A program made the translations under genes and the position numbers. The notes below the pieces were generated by a model. The model was given only the letters and a program-made list of their open reading frames with translations. It was not told the origin of the DNA and made no database searches. Positions 46,690 to 55,623 of a stretch of DNA of 64,000 nucleotides are shown in pieces. The number at the start of each line of letters is the position of its first letter. Within the stretch, counting starts at the first letter, position 1. This stretch comes from a virus: IMG/VR virus record IMGVR_UViG_3300021962_000031; one strand, written 5' to 3'.

Positions 46690-49600
46690 CTTTAAGTTTG
46701 TTGCCCCACAAATCACCTACGGGTCCAACAATAGGACCCTGCTAGGATTTTATGTGCAGCAAGCTAGCGCAACGGTATCGTGGGGCGATAACGGAAGTTC
46801 GCTCAACTTGACTTTAGTCAAAGAAAATGACGACTTTAATTATCTATACAATGATTTTCCGGCGACGGTCGGACATCCCATCCGCCTCAAAATCGGAGGG
46901 TTTTATTTTGGTGGAATTCTTTCCAAGGTAACCAAGAAAAAGGCCACAAACGGTCTCACTTACGACATTGTCGTGGTAGACCCGCGAGAAATTTTGCAGG
47001 CGACATCGGTAATCATAGGTCAATACTCGGGGACTGTTCCTGTTGGCGTCGGCAATATCATCAATGCCTACGGTTTTTGGGAAGACCCGGCAATTGGTGG
47101 ATTCGGCTGGTCAGGCTCCGACAATCTCGGGATGCCCTGGACTTCTTTCTTTAGTGCGGTCCTGCAAATATGCAATAAGCCAATTATCACGCCATACGGT
47201 GGGCCGATGCGGTGGGGCTTGCCCACGCCTGAATTTCCCAACGGCGTTTATTACTCTCTCGACCTTAGCGAACTACCCATCCCTGACCCCTACTACAGGA
47301 TTGAGGGAAACGGGGTTGTCAGCCTGTACGATGTCATCAACAAGGTCTGCCAGGATGCCGGTTACGATTTCGTCGTAGAACTGATTGGGTACACCATCAA
47401 GATCAGGGTGATCAACCGCAAGTTCGCTCCGGCCCTTGGAACCATCGGGGCTATCGTCAACACGCCTGGCAGCAATGCTACCGCCATTGAACACGGCATC
47501 GAGATGGCTCAGGGCCACCAAACAGCCGCCATGCTGATCGGCGCACCACGGGAAGGGATGTTTGCCAAGGCGAACTTCACCTCTTTCTGGGGCTACGATC
47601 ATCTCAAGAACCCCATCCTAGGCCATTCTGGCACAATAGTTTTAGCCCCCAAGATAATGGGCGAACAACCAATTCTTTATCGCTGCGAGATGATGAATCT
47701 ATACGCTTTCAGCGTGGAAGATGTTATTGGTTCGGCGTATTATTTCTGTTCGACTCTTGAACTCCAATTTGCGATGGCTGGTATCGACAGCTGGATGGAG
47801 TTCATCGAAAAGTACCGCCCCGATGTCTTTTTCGCAATGACCGGGTTCGCCAGTAATCGAACCAATCAAGTGCTTTTGAACGGACTGAATGTCGGCGACT
47901 CTGTCCAGACTAATCCACAGGCGATTCTTGCTAGGGCACTTGAGGCAACATATGACCGCTCCGAAGGGCGCAGAAGGTTCTTTTCTTGGTTGTCTGGTGT
48001 CGCCCAGCAGTATCTAGGCAAGGAATTCATTGTCAGCCTTGGTCCGATCACAACAGATATCGGCAATCTCTGGCCCTCATTCTTTCAGTCTACGATTGAC
48101 CCCGATCAACCATTTGATCAAAATTTGCGACCGAATATACGCTACGAGTTTGATGTCTGTCGTAGCGCCTACATGCCGATAGAAGAGGCTTTTCTTTATT
48201 ACGGATTAAAGCCAATTTCTGCTAGTACATTTATGGATGATGGCAATCGCTTTGAACCAATTGCCTTGTACAATTATGTGCGGCTGAATCAAACCAATGC
48301 CTTCATTGAGAATACCCAAGAAACCGTCTTTGATACCTATGGCGTCTACACGAAGGTGTCAATGGGTGATCAAATCGAAGAGATGGCTTTCCCTAATGTT
48401 GTGACTCCATATAGCACTTCACAAAGTATTAGATACATCCTTGATGGTCCCGGATTCGCTTTTGTTGGCGGACCTCTTGTCCGCGCCACGGTGCAAAATC
48501 CGATTTTCTCAAGGGCTACCGATCCATCGGGTGACCATAGCGTAATCAGCAGGGTTTTGGGCACTCCGGCCAATATATATCAAACAAACGCCGAGTCCAG
48601 CAAAACCAAAATGCATCCCCCTCCCGTGAATCCGTCGTTTTTCATTTTGCCTTTGAAGAGCAATCGATTCTGCTACGGACCTTTCTGGACTTACTCTCAA
48701 ATTCCAGGCAGGGTGAAGATTGAAGTCGATTCTGATTTGACTCCGGCTTCTTACGGTTCTGAAATCCTAATGAATCGCATAGCCATTGCAAGATTGTTCG
48801 ATGGCTCAAGTCAGCTAGCTTTGACAGAACACGGACGGGTAACGATTCCAGACTTTCCTCAAGTTTCCATCGGCCAAGCCCTTCAGGTCAACGGTCCTGC
48901 TGTCACTTCAGTAGAGATCAGTTTTGGCACAGGTGGAGTTCAGACCACCTATGCTTTTCAGAATTTCTCGCCAAGGTTCGGCGTGATCCCTCGCCAGACG
49001 CAGGATCGTCTACGGAAAGTAGGCCAACTGAGTTCTCAACTAAGGCGCAACTTATTCAAGCTTGCCATAGAATCTCAGAAGACTTCACAGGGCATGGCGC
49101 GTGCTGCTGTCGGCGCGGCAGGCCTGCAAATGACCGCCGGAGCTTTTGATAAGTTTCATCGAGTGCAAACTCCCCATGAATGCGTGGCGGGTTTTGCTTC
49201 CCAAGCTTCGCAATACGCTGTGAGATTGGATGTCAAATCTGCACCATTGCATGAGCTATTGGCCAACACAGAAGCCAATGATGTGGAGTTGTACGCCAAT
49301 CGCGCCATCACTAGCCAAGACGCACTGTTCAGGCCGTATAGGGCACCAACTTACAACGGCGGCATATCTGTCACAAGAAATGGCGTGGACTATCGTTCTT
49401 TGCCAGACACATCGCTGTTGCCCAAGTTAGAAATCCCTCAGAATATTTACAACACGACAACTTCGCAGAATCTTACCCCCATCATTTATCCTGGCGCTTC
49501 TGACATTTCCATCGTCACTTATCAAAAAGCAAATGGTGAACCTTGTGAAATAAACAACTGGAATACGGGGGCGGGCGCCGGAGCTTTTGAGGCGCGGAGT

Positions 49601-50131
49601 GTCGGACTGCGTGGCCCGATGGTAGTTGTGGGCTACGGCCAAGACATTTACAACAACGGAAATATTGCTCCTACCGGAGTTGGTTTGGCCTATCGCTCAG
49701 ATCAACACAAGGTTGGACCGACAGATTTGCTGTGGGATGATTTGAGGCAGGTCTGGACAGGAGCCGGAATCACAAGAGTTTATGTTTATGCCGAGGGAAG
49801 TCCGGCCTCTGGCTATGTTGTTATTGGAAATTCTATTACCAGCAAAGCCATCGCCCTTTATCCATCGACGCCTGGATCAATCGGTATTGGCTACACATTA
49901 GCAGCCTACTCGCCGAATGAAAAAGTTTGGTATCAAGCAGGTGGCGGCAGCCAAGTATTTTTGGGCAATTCTTTGGGTTACATATATGGTGGATCAAGTG
50001 GTAGCGCCAATGTCTTCAATAGAGGCGTAAAAAATGTCTACAACTATCTTTCCACCCCCATTTCTTCTGGCGCAAAAATAATTGTGGCTGAGTCTAATGG
50101 TAGTTATGTTGTCATTGCGGCGGATTGCTAA
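46673..50131 (+). CDS. Tail tip/hub protein
   Basis: 1152 aa. N-terminal S..L.LV, F.FGGIL, V.DPRE.L and SL.D.I..VC.DAG.DF motifs fit a hub protein; position fits as well. Confidence 0.55.
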   Translation: MPTESDFKFVAPQITYGSNNRTLLGFYVQQASATVSWGDNGSSLNLTLVKENDDFNYLYNDFPATVGHPIRLKIGGFYFGGILSKVTKKKATNGLTYDIVVVDPREILQATSVIIGQYSGTVPVGVGNIINAYGFWEDPAIGGFGWSGSDNLGMPWTSFFSAVLQICNKPIITPYGGPMRWGLPTPEFPNGVYYSLDLSELPIPDPYYRIEGNGVVSLYDVINKVCQDAGYDFVVELIGYTIKIRVINRKFAPALGTIGAIVNTPGSNATAIEHGIEMAQGHQTAAMLIGAPREGMFAKANFTSFWGYDHLKNPILGHSGTIVLAPKIMGEQPILYRCEMMNLYAFSVEDVIGSAYYFCSTLELQFAMAGIDSWMEFIEKYRPDVFFAMTGFASNRTNQVLLNGLNVGDSVQTNPQAILARALEATYDRSEGRRRFFSWLSGVAQQYLGKEFIVSLGPITTDIGNLWPSFFQSTIDPDQPFDQNLRPNIRYEFDVCRSAYMPIEEAFLYYGLKPISASTFMDDGNRFEPIALYNYVRLNQTNAFIENTQETVFDTYGVYTKVSMGDQIEEMAFPNVVTPYSTSQSIRYILDGPGFAFVGGPLVRATVQNPIFSRATDPSGDHSVISRVLGTPANIYQTNAESSKTKMHPPPVNPSFFILPLKSNRFCYGPFWTYSQIPGRVKIEVDSDLTPASYGSEILMNRIAIARLFDGSSQLALTEHGRVTIPDFPQVSIGQALQVNGPAVTSVEISFGTGGVQTTYAFQNFSPRFGVIPRQTQDRLRKVGQLSSQLRRNLFKLAIESQKTSQGMARAAVGAAGLQMTAGAFDKFHRVQTPHECVAGFASQASQYAVRLDVKSAPLHELLANTEANDVELYANRAITSQDALFRPYRAPTYNGGISVTRNGVDYRSLPDTSLLPKLEIPQNIYNTTTSQNLTPIIYPGASDISIVTYQKANGEPCEINNWNTGAGAGAFEARSVGLRGPMVVVGYGQDIYNNGNIAPTGVGLAYRSDQHKVGPTDLLWDDLRQVWTGAGITRVYVYAEGSPASGYVVIGNSITSKAIALYPSTPGSIGIGYTLAAYSPNEKVWYQAGGGSQVFLGNSLGYIYGGSSGSANVFNRGVKNVYNYLSTPISSGAKIIVAESNGSYVVIAADC

Positions 50132-52038
50132 TGAGTTGCCAAGGTCGATGGCCGTGTTGTTGTAATCGCGCAAGCCAATGTCTTGCCTGCGATTCCGATC
50201 CTACAGGCGGCGAGTATGACTACGCTGTCATCGTTCGCTTCGGGGCGAAAGAATCCAGCTTATACAATTCGCAAGAACAAAAATATCTGCCGGATTTTGA
50301 TTTTTCGTCTCCGGAACGCTTTCTGTCATTGAAGCTCAACGGACAGAATTTACCCATCCCCCATTTGGTAGAACGAAACGATTACAATAACGACTACTAC
50401 TATTATTGGTATTGGAACTACCATTATTACGGGTGGGCGGTCTACTACACAAACCCCAGCGTTTTGGGTCCGCTTGTCAACGCCACACGCTGCCCTTGCT
50501 TGAATGATGTCACAACCATGTATGGTTGGAATTACTGGTGGCTTCCCGGCTGGTGGTATCAAGGCCCAGAGTTTCTCAGCGACCCGTCCACGCAATACAT
50601 ACCTATGAGCAAAGGTATGTTTCAAGCCAACAACAATGACATGGACCTGCGCTTCTCTTCGTTGCCGTTCAACTTAGACGAATGGCCCACCGAGAATCCG
50701 CTGAAGACAGCGGATGTCGATGCCAGCTTTGTGGTGATTCGTTTCAAGAATGGTATACCAGAATGTGTCTCTACCAAAAGTAAATTGACTGCTAGTCTTC
50801 GCTCTCAGGAATACGACTACTCTAGTAATTATAACGGTTACTACTACTGGTGGGGCTGGAACGGATACTGGTGGGGGATATCTGTAGGCGGAGCCTATTT
50901 GCCCGGCTCCAACCAACCCCCTTATACGGCAGGTTACTGCCAATGGCCATTTCCCAATAACGGCTATTACAACTACTGGTATGGCTGGTATAACGGCTAC
51001 TACTCAAATTCCAACCGCAGCCTAGACAAGTATTGGGGTAGTGGTGGTCACACATACTTTGACCTGTGCGCCTACGAACAAGACTCCCTACCTCCGTGCG
51101 GCGGTAATTTGCCAGGAACTCTCAATGTCACGGTTGTGACCAAATGCCTAGGGACACAAAGCGCACAGGTATCGGCGGCCACCCCGCTTTTTTCAGACTA
51201 CGACAACACGCAACCCATTCCGTACACCTACACAAATTGCGGTAACTTTACGGAAATCCAAGCAGATACCTCTACCTATTACATGTTCGCCCACGCTCAG
51301 TACGATCAGCCTTATACCTATCAAGGCGACGATCTTAATAAAAAACTACGCGAGTGCAAGTTTCCTTTGAGTAGCGCAGGTGCTTCTTATTACCTTATCA
51401 ACAAGATCGACAAAGGTAGTGAGCCGATTGATTTTGGAATACCCGAAGGACAACAAGAATACTATCTTGGTTATGCTTATGAATATTTTATTGATGATGG
51501 GAACTATACCGCAGAACCACAGAACCCGGTCATACCTGATCATTACAAAGATGATAAAGGAAATATAATTCCGCGTTCTTCTATTATTCAATCCTGGAAA
51601 ATAGGTGACCCATACTATTATTATTGGTATAATTGGTACTACAACACAGATTATGATCTTTATTATATTTGCGAACAAGGTGGAGTTAATTATAAAAACA
51701 AACACGACAATATTGTTTATCAGGACTGGCCGCTTGATTTGCGAGACGAGCCGATTCGATGTAGTCCGTTTGTGACCGGTCCTGCTCGTTCTAGTGCTTA
51801 TTCATATCACTATGCGGTTTCTACTCCGATAGTTACTCGTTTTGAATTAGCGCCCAGATACGATAATACAAAAACCAGCCGTGATTATTACTACTGGCAT
51901 AAAATCAACGGATCTTATGTTCAACTCAAATATAGACTTTGGGACCTTTATGGCATCAGTCGGGTCTGGTCAACCAACTGTCACTCTTGTGAGCTTGGAT
52001 ATAGAGTTGCCCACCCACCAATCACGGTGACACCATGA
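50131..52038 (+). CDS. Cys- and Tyr/Trp-rich tail-tip-associated protein
   Basis: TAATG coupling; N-terminal C...PCCC...C..C; several Y/W/N/G patches. Confidence 0.65.
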   Translation: MSCQGRWPCCCNRASQCLACDSDPTGGEYDYAVIVRFGAKESSLYNSQEQKYLPDFDFSSPERFLSLKLNGQNLPIPHLVERNDYNNDYYYYWYWNYHYYGWAVYYTNPSVLGPLVNATRCPCLNDVTTMYGWNYWWLPGWWYQGPEFLSDPSTQYIPMSKGMFQANNNDMDLRFSSLPFNLDEWPTENPLKTADVDASFVVIRFKNGIPECVSTKSKLTASLRSQEYDYSSNYNGYYYWWGWNGYWWGISVGGAYLPGSNQPPYTAGYCQWPFPNNGYYNYWYGWYNGYYSNSNRSLDKYWGSGGHTYFDLCAYEQDSLPPCGGNLPGTLNVTVVTKCLGTQSAQVSAATPLFSDYDNTQPIPYTYTNCGNFTEIQADTSTYYMFAHAQYDQPYTYQGDDLNKKLRECKFPLSSAGASYYLINKIDKGSEPIDFGIPEGQQEYYLGYAYEYFIDDGNYTAEPQNPVIPDHYKDDKGNIIPRSSIIQSWKIGDPYYYYWYNWYYNTDYDLYYICEQGGVNYKNKHDNIVYQDWPLDLRDEPIRCSPFVTGPARSSAYSYHYAVSTPIVTRFELAPRYDNTKTSRDYYYWHKINGSYVQLKYRLWDLYGISRVWSTNCHSCELGYRVAHPPITVTP

Positions 52039-52391
52039 AGCCGTGCCCGAACGATCCATCGATCTGCAAGTGTGCGATCTGCAAGCTGTACAGCACCGAT
52101 CCAGTTTATCGGGCACATTGGGATGGGGTGGCTTTGCCAACACCCGCACAGCCAGCACAACCACCACCGCTTCCTGGTCTGTTGCGACAAGGACTGAATC
52201 TGGCTACCGCCATCGTCCAACATGTCGCCGGAGGGTTGCAATCAGCTGATAGCGAAACATATCAAAAAAGAATGGAAATTTGCAAAGCTTGCCCCAAACT
52301 TCGGCCCGACAACCGCTGTTCTGGGTGCGGATGTGTTATGAGCGTAAAGGCCTCGTGGGACGAGCAAAAGTGCCCCGATGGCAAGTGGTGA
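52035..52391 (+). CDS. Small Cys-rich protein (resembles DUF6171-type R..IC..CP..C..CGC..K..CP..KW)
   Basis: Ten Cys residues in 118 aa; ATGA overlap with the upstream gene. Confidence 0.65.
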   Translation: MKPCPNDPSICKCAICKLYSTDPVYRAHWDGVALPTPAQPAQPPPLPGLLRQGLNLATAIVQHVAGGLQSADSETYQKRMEICKACPKLRPDNRCSGCGCVMSVKASWDEQKCPDGKW

Positions 52392-52401
52392 CGGTGTAAA
52401 T
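52392..52401 (+). promoter_or_regulatory. CGGTGTAAAT putative late promoter motif
   Basis: GACGGTGTAAAT identical to 4873-4884; 29 nt before ATG 52421. Confidence 0.6.
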
Positions 52402-52420
52402 CTTAAAGGAGGTACTAGAC

Positions 52421-53092
52421 ATGCCGGCGTCAATTTCATTTTATGCGGGTCAGTTCGTAGAGGGGGGAACCTTCTCGACTTTCCAGATTGCCGACCTAGC
52501 CGGTTCCGGTTTGGGCTTTTACGGTGGCGGATTTGGAGAATCCGTAGCCGTTGGCCAAGCCCAAGACAAGACCTTCGTGACCAATGCCACGGGTGTCAAC
52601 CAGGGCGTCGAAGCTTGGAATGTCAAATACGCCAACGCAGGAAGCGGGTTGGTGGGCCGCGGCACCTCTGCCATCCCCCTCCGTGCCATCCCCAACTGGC
52701 AATCCACCGTCAATGTCCGATTCACGAACGACACTTCCGTAAAGACCCAGAATGTCAAAGCCTACATCTTTGATCGGGTTCTTCCAACCAATCCAGCCTC
52801 CGGTGTAACTACTTACCTAGCAGAGATCGTACACCCCGTCACTGTTCAGGACTCGGGAAGTCCTACTGGGTCGGGTTCGACAGCTTGGGAAGTGTTTACG
52901 ACTGCCGGCCAAACTACACCAGCTCAGCGAGACCCGGTCACCTTGACGGCCTCGCCAGGAACCTCTGGTCTGCGTCCCTCGGGCGCAAACACGATGGATA
53001 TCCGCCACGACTGGTATTTGGCATTGTCAGCATCCCCGGACGGGATCGGGAGTAAGCAGTTCGGACTCTGGGTCCAACTGGAATATCTGTGA
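52421..53092 (+). CDS. Putative abundant virion structural protein
   Basis: Has its own upstream motif, an AAGGAGG RBS and a terminator; Gly/Ser/Thr beta-rich. Confidence 0.55.
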   Translation: MPASISFYAGQFVEGGTFSTFQIADLAGSGLGFYGGGFGESVAVGQAQDKTFVTNATGVNQGVEAWNVKYANAGSGLVGRGTSAIPLRAIPNWQSTVNVRFTNDTSVKTQNVKAYIFDRVLPTNPASGVTTYLAEIVHPVTVQDSGSPTGSGSTAWEVFTTAGQTTPAQRDPVTLTASPGTSGLRPSGANTMDIRHDWYLALSASPDGIGSKQFGLWVQLEYL

Positions 53093-53111
53093 TCGATCCC
53101 CTCTTACCGCA

Positions 53112-53148
53112 GCGGAAAGGCCCGCCCAAAAAGGCGGGCTTTTTCGTT
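53112..53148. terminator. Bidirectional terminator
   Basis: GAAAGGCCCGCC-CAAAAA-GGCGGGCTTTTTC between convergent genes. Confidence 0.8.
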
Positions 53149-53149
53149 T

Positions 53150-53872
53150 CTAGGCGAACTCATAGCCACGGTTGGGAATGAAGACTGCCCTTTTCCTCGT
53201 CGCCGTAGGACGGGGCTGGGTGAGGTAAGTGGTTGCCGCCATGGCTAGATATTGGTTTTCGCCACCGGGCGTTTGGAGTGAACGGACAGACATCCAGCCA
53301 TTATCCTGGCTTTCATAGATAACCATGCGTCCCTGGCGCGGTTCAATTTCACGAACCACATTGAAGCCGACATCGTCCCACAACAGATGCTGGCCTTTCC
53401 AACCCACATTCCACTCCGGCGTCAAAAATAAAAGCACATTGACCCGTCGCTCCAAGTTTAGGATGGGATGCAGTTCGTAGCCCATATGGGGGGCAAGGAA
53501 GCCGCCATTGTCATAGCGGTAAATGCCCATCCCGTGCAGGCCTGGGTCAGCAATCAAATTGGGAATACCTATGGCATTGCTAACGATATTGATAAACGAT
53601 GGAGACTGCATCGCCTCCAAAAGGTTCCTGGTAAACGGCGACAGCGAGGGCAGTTCGCGGGTGGTGCGCTTCCTCTCAAAATCATTATTGTAGACCGTCC
53701 AGTTTGGCCAATTGGATGGAGGCAGCGTGTAAAAGGCCTCGTTTAGAACTTGTGGGTCAAAAGCGTTTTCGATGATTAGGTGGGGATATGGTCCGGTTGC
53801 AACATTGCTGACGATGCTGTTGCCACCGAAGCCTGGCACCGGTTCGCCAGCGATCACACTTATTGCTGCCAT
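53150..53872 (-). CDS. 2OG-Fe(II) oxygenase-fold protein with degenerate metal ligands
   Basis: Start MAAISV with AAGGAG. PYPH..I.N, DP.LHG.G, GG.L..H, RR.N.L.FL..W...W.G..LW and P..GR.VI motifs are present, but HxD reads HMG. Confidence 0.75.
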   Translation of the reverse strand: MAAISVIAGEPVPGFGGNSIVSNVATGPYPHLIIENAFDPQVLNEAFYTLPPSNWPNWTVYNNDFERKRTTRELPSLSPFTRNLLEAMQSPSFINIVSNAIGIPNLIADPGLHGMGIYRYDNGGFLAPHMGYELHPILNLERRVNVLLFLTPEWNVGWKGQHLLWDDVGFNVVREIEPRQGRMVIYESQDNGWMSVRSLQTPGGENQYLAMAATTYLTQPRPTATRKRAVFIPNRGYEFA

Positions 53873-53956
53873 TTCGTTCTCCTTCTTTTGATAATAACCG
53901 CCACCACCCCCAGCACGCATAGAACCATATGACACGGGATTGTGCTGGAGGACAGT

Positions 53957-54994
53957 ATGCCTACGCCCTTGCTTACTATCGGAATGGCGACCTTTGACGA
54001 CTTCGACGGCGTCTACTTCACCCTCCAATCTCTTAAGGCTTACCACGACCTGACCGATGTTGAGCTATTGGTCGTTGACAACAAACCCGAAGGCTGCACT
54101 CACACCAAGACTATCTGCGAGTGGACGAAGACACGCTACCTGCACAGGGGCCACGCTACCGGCACCTCCCTCCCCCGCCAACTTGTCTTTGAAGAAGCAC
54201 AAGGGGAATGGGTCATGTGCATGGACAGCCATGTCTTGCTCACGCAAGGGGTTGTGTCCAAGGTTAAGGAGTTCATTCGTTCTGGCAAAGCCGAACGCAA
54301 GAACCTTTACCAGGGACCGCTTCTTTACGATGACCATATCAACATGGCGACGCACTTCGACCCAGTCTGGCGCGACTCCATGTATGGCACCTGGGCGACT
54401 GATGAGCGAGTCAAGCTTGGGGAACCGTTCGACATCCCCATGCAAGGCCTCGGCCAATTCATGATGTGTAAGGAAGAATGGCCAGGCTTCAATACCCTGT
54501 TCAGAGGCTTCGGTGGTGAAGAGGGGTATATTCACTCTAAGGTGCGCAAATTCGGTGGCAGGGCGATGTGTGTCCCTTGGATGACCTGGCTGCACCGGTT
54601 CGGTCGGCCCAAGGGTGTTCCCTATCGCCTCGTTCTTGAAGATCGCGTGTTCAACTACATCCTAGGTCGCCGCGAGATCGGCCTGCCTTATCAAGATGTG
54701 ATTGAACACTTCACGGGCAGGATGCCCGAAAATAATCTCAAGGCGACAGTCGCCGAGGCCGAAGCACTAGATTTTAACGAGGGCGTTTTCCCTGAGCGTT
54801 TCCGCAGTCTGCAAAAAATCGTTCGGACTCAACCGTGCGTTTATCGCACGGAATTACCCATCGACCGGGCTGACTGCAACTGCCCCTTCAAATTCGTTTA
54901 TGGCTGCGAGAAGCACGAGAAGTGCCGACCGTTCACCGACAACGGAGACGGTGTTCGCTGCTGCCAAAAATGCGAAGACTACGAGGAGGTCTGA
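53957..54994 (+). CDS. GT-A glycosyltransferase with ppGalNAc-T-like motifs and a Cys-rich C-terminus
   Basis: LLVVDN, DSH (54224-54232), FGGEE (54509-54523), H.F...PY motifs; GGAGG RBS. Confidence 0.8.
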   Translation: MPTPLLTIGMATFDDFDGVYFTLQSLKAYHDLTDVELLVVDNKPEGCTHTKTICEWTKTRYLHRGHATGTSLPRQLVFEEAQGEWVMCMDSHVLLTQGVVSKVKEFIRSGKAERKNLYQGPLLYDDHINMATHFDPVWRDSMYGTWATDERVKLGEPFDIPMQGLGQFMMCKEEWPGFNTLFRGFGGEEGYIHSKVRKFGGRAMCVPWMTWLHRFGRPKGVPYRLVLEDRVFNYILGRREIGLPYQDVIEHFTGRMPENNLKATVAEAEALDFNEGVFPERFRSLQKIVRTQPCVYRTELPIDRADCNCPFKFVYGCEKHEKCRPFTDNGDGVRCCQKCEDYEEV

Positions 54995-54995
54995 G

Positions 54996-55211
54996 GTGCG
55001 CCTAGAAGACATCCCCAAAGATATTCGAGATGCCATTGAGATGGCAGGCTGGGCGGCAGCAGATGCCTTCCTGGCCAAACTCGAAGAAAGCCTACCCCTC
55101 TGTGAGTGGGGTGGATACCAGCCCGAGATCGGCCCCTGGGTTGGCGGTATTTGTCGTAACTTACGCAGTGCCCTAACCGGTGGGTCAATCCAAGGTTCAA
55201 CCGATGAATGA
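54996..55211 (+). CDS. Hypothetical protein
   Basis: GTG start after GAGGAGG. Confidence 0.5.
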   Translation: MRLEDIPKDIRDAIEMAGWAAADAFLAKLEESLPLCEWGGYQPEIGPWVGGICRNLRSALTGGSIQGSTDE

Positions 55212-55405
55212 GCGAGGATTTTCCAATGTCGGAAGAGATCGAAATTGTACCGGCCCCCGAGTCTCCGATGCCGGAGTTTACGGCGACGGCAGACCAGTCC
55301 GTTCTGATCGACCCGCGGGTCTTTTTGCCGTTCCAGGTCGTCGCCCACCCAATCGATCTGGTCGTGGTCGAGACCGAGCTTCCTAGTCAGCCTACGGCTG
55401 AATGA
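55208..55405 (+). CDS. Small acidic hypothetical protein
   Basis: ATGA overlap; ends just before a terminator. Confidence 0.45.
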   Translation: MSEDFPMSEEIEIVPAPESPMPEFTATADQSVLIDPRVFLPFQVVAHPIDLVVVETELPSQPTAE

Positions 55406-55408
55406 CGA

Positions 55409-55446
55409 GAAAAGAAGAAGACCCGCTCAAAAAGCGGGTCTTTTTC
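55409..55446. terminator. Bidirectional terminator
   Basis: AGACCCGCT-CAAAA-AGCGGGTCT flanked by A-rich and T-rich tracts at a convergence point. Confidence 0.8.
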
Positions 55447-55547
55447 TACAAGATGAGCGTCAACAGGTAGAAGGTGACAGAAGTCCAGATAAAGCAAACG
55501 ATCCCAATCAGGAATAGCAAAGCCAATTCTTTCAAGATTCTGATCAC
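55446..55547 (-). CDS. 33-aa single-TM peptide
   Basis: GGAGG RBS and GTG start; MIRILKELALLFLIGIVCFIWTSVTFYLLTLIL. Confidence 0.5.
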   Translation of the reverse strand: MIRILKELALLFLIGIVCFIWTSVTFYLLTLIL

Positions 55548-55557
55548 GGCATCCTCC

Positions 55558-55593
55558 AAAAAAGAAAAAGCGGGGGACAACGCATCCCCCGCT
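55558..55593 (-). terminator. Terminator ending the - strand operon
   Basis: Perfect 9-bp stem AGCGGGGGA/TCCCCCGCT followed by TTTTCTTTTTT on the - strand. Confidence 0.75.
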
Positions 55594-55623
55594 CCTTCTA
55601 AAGGGTCTCCCGCCAAGGCCCCT

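Noticed and set aside
53873-54046. N-terminal extension of the oxygenase ORF
   Set aside because: It overlaps the divergent GT gene; a strong RBS supports the start at 53872.
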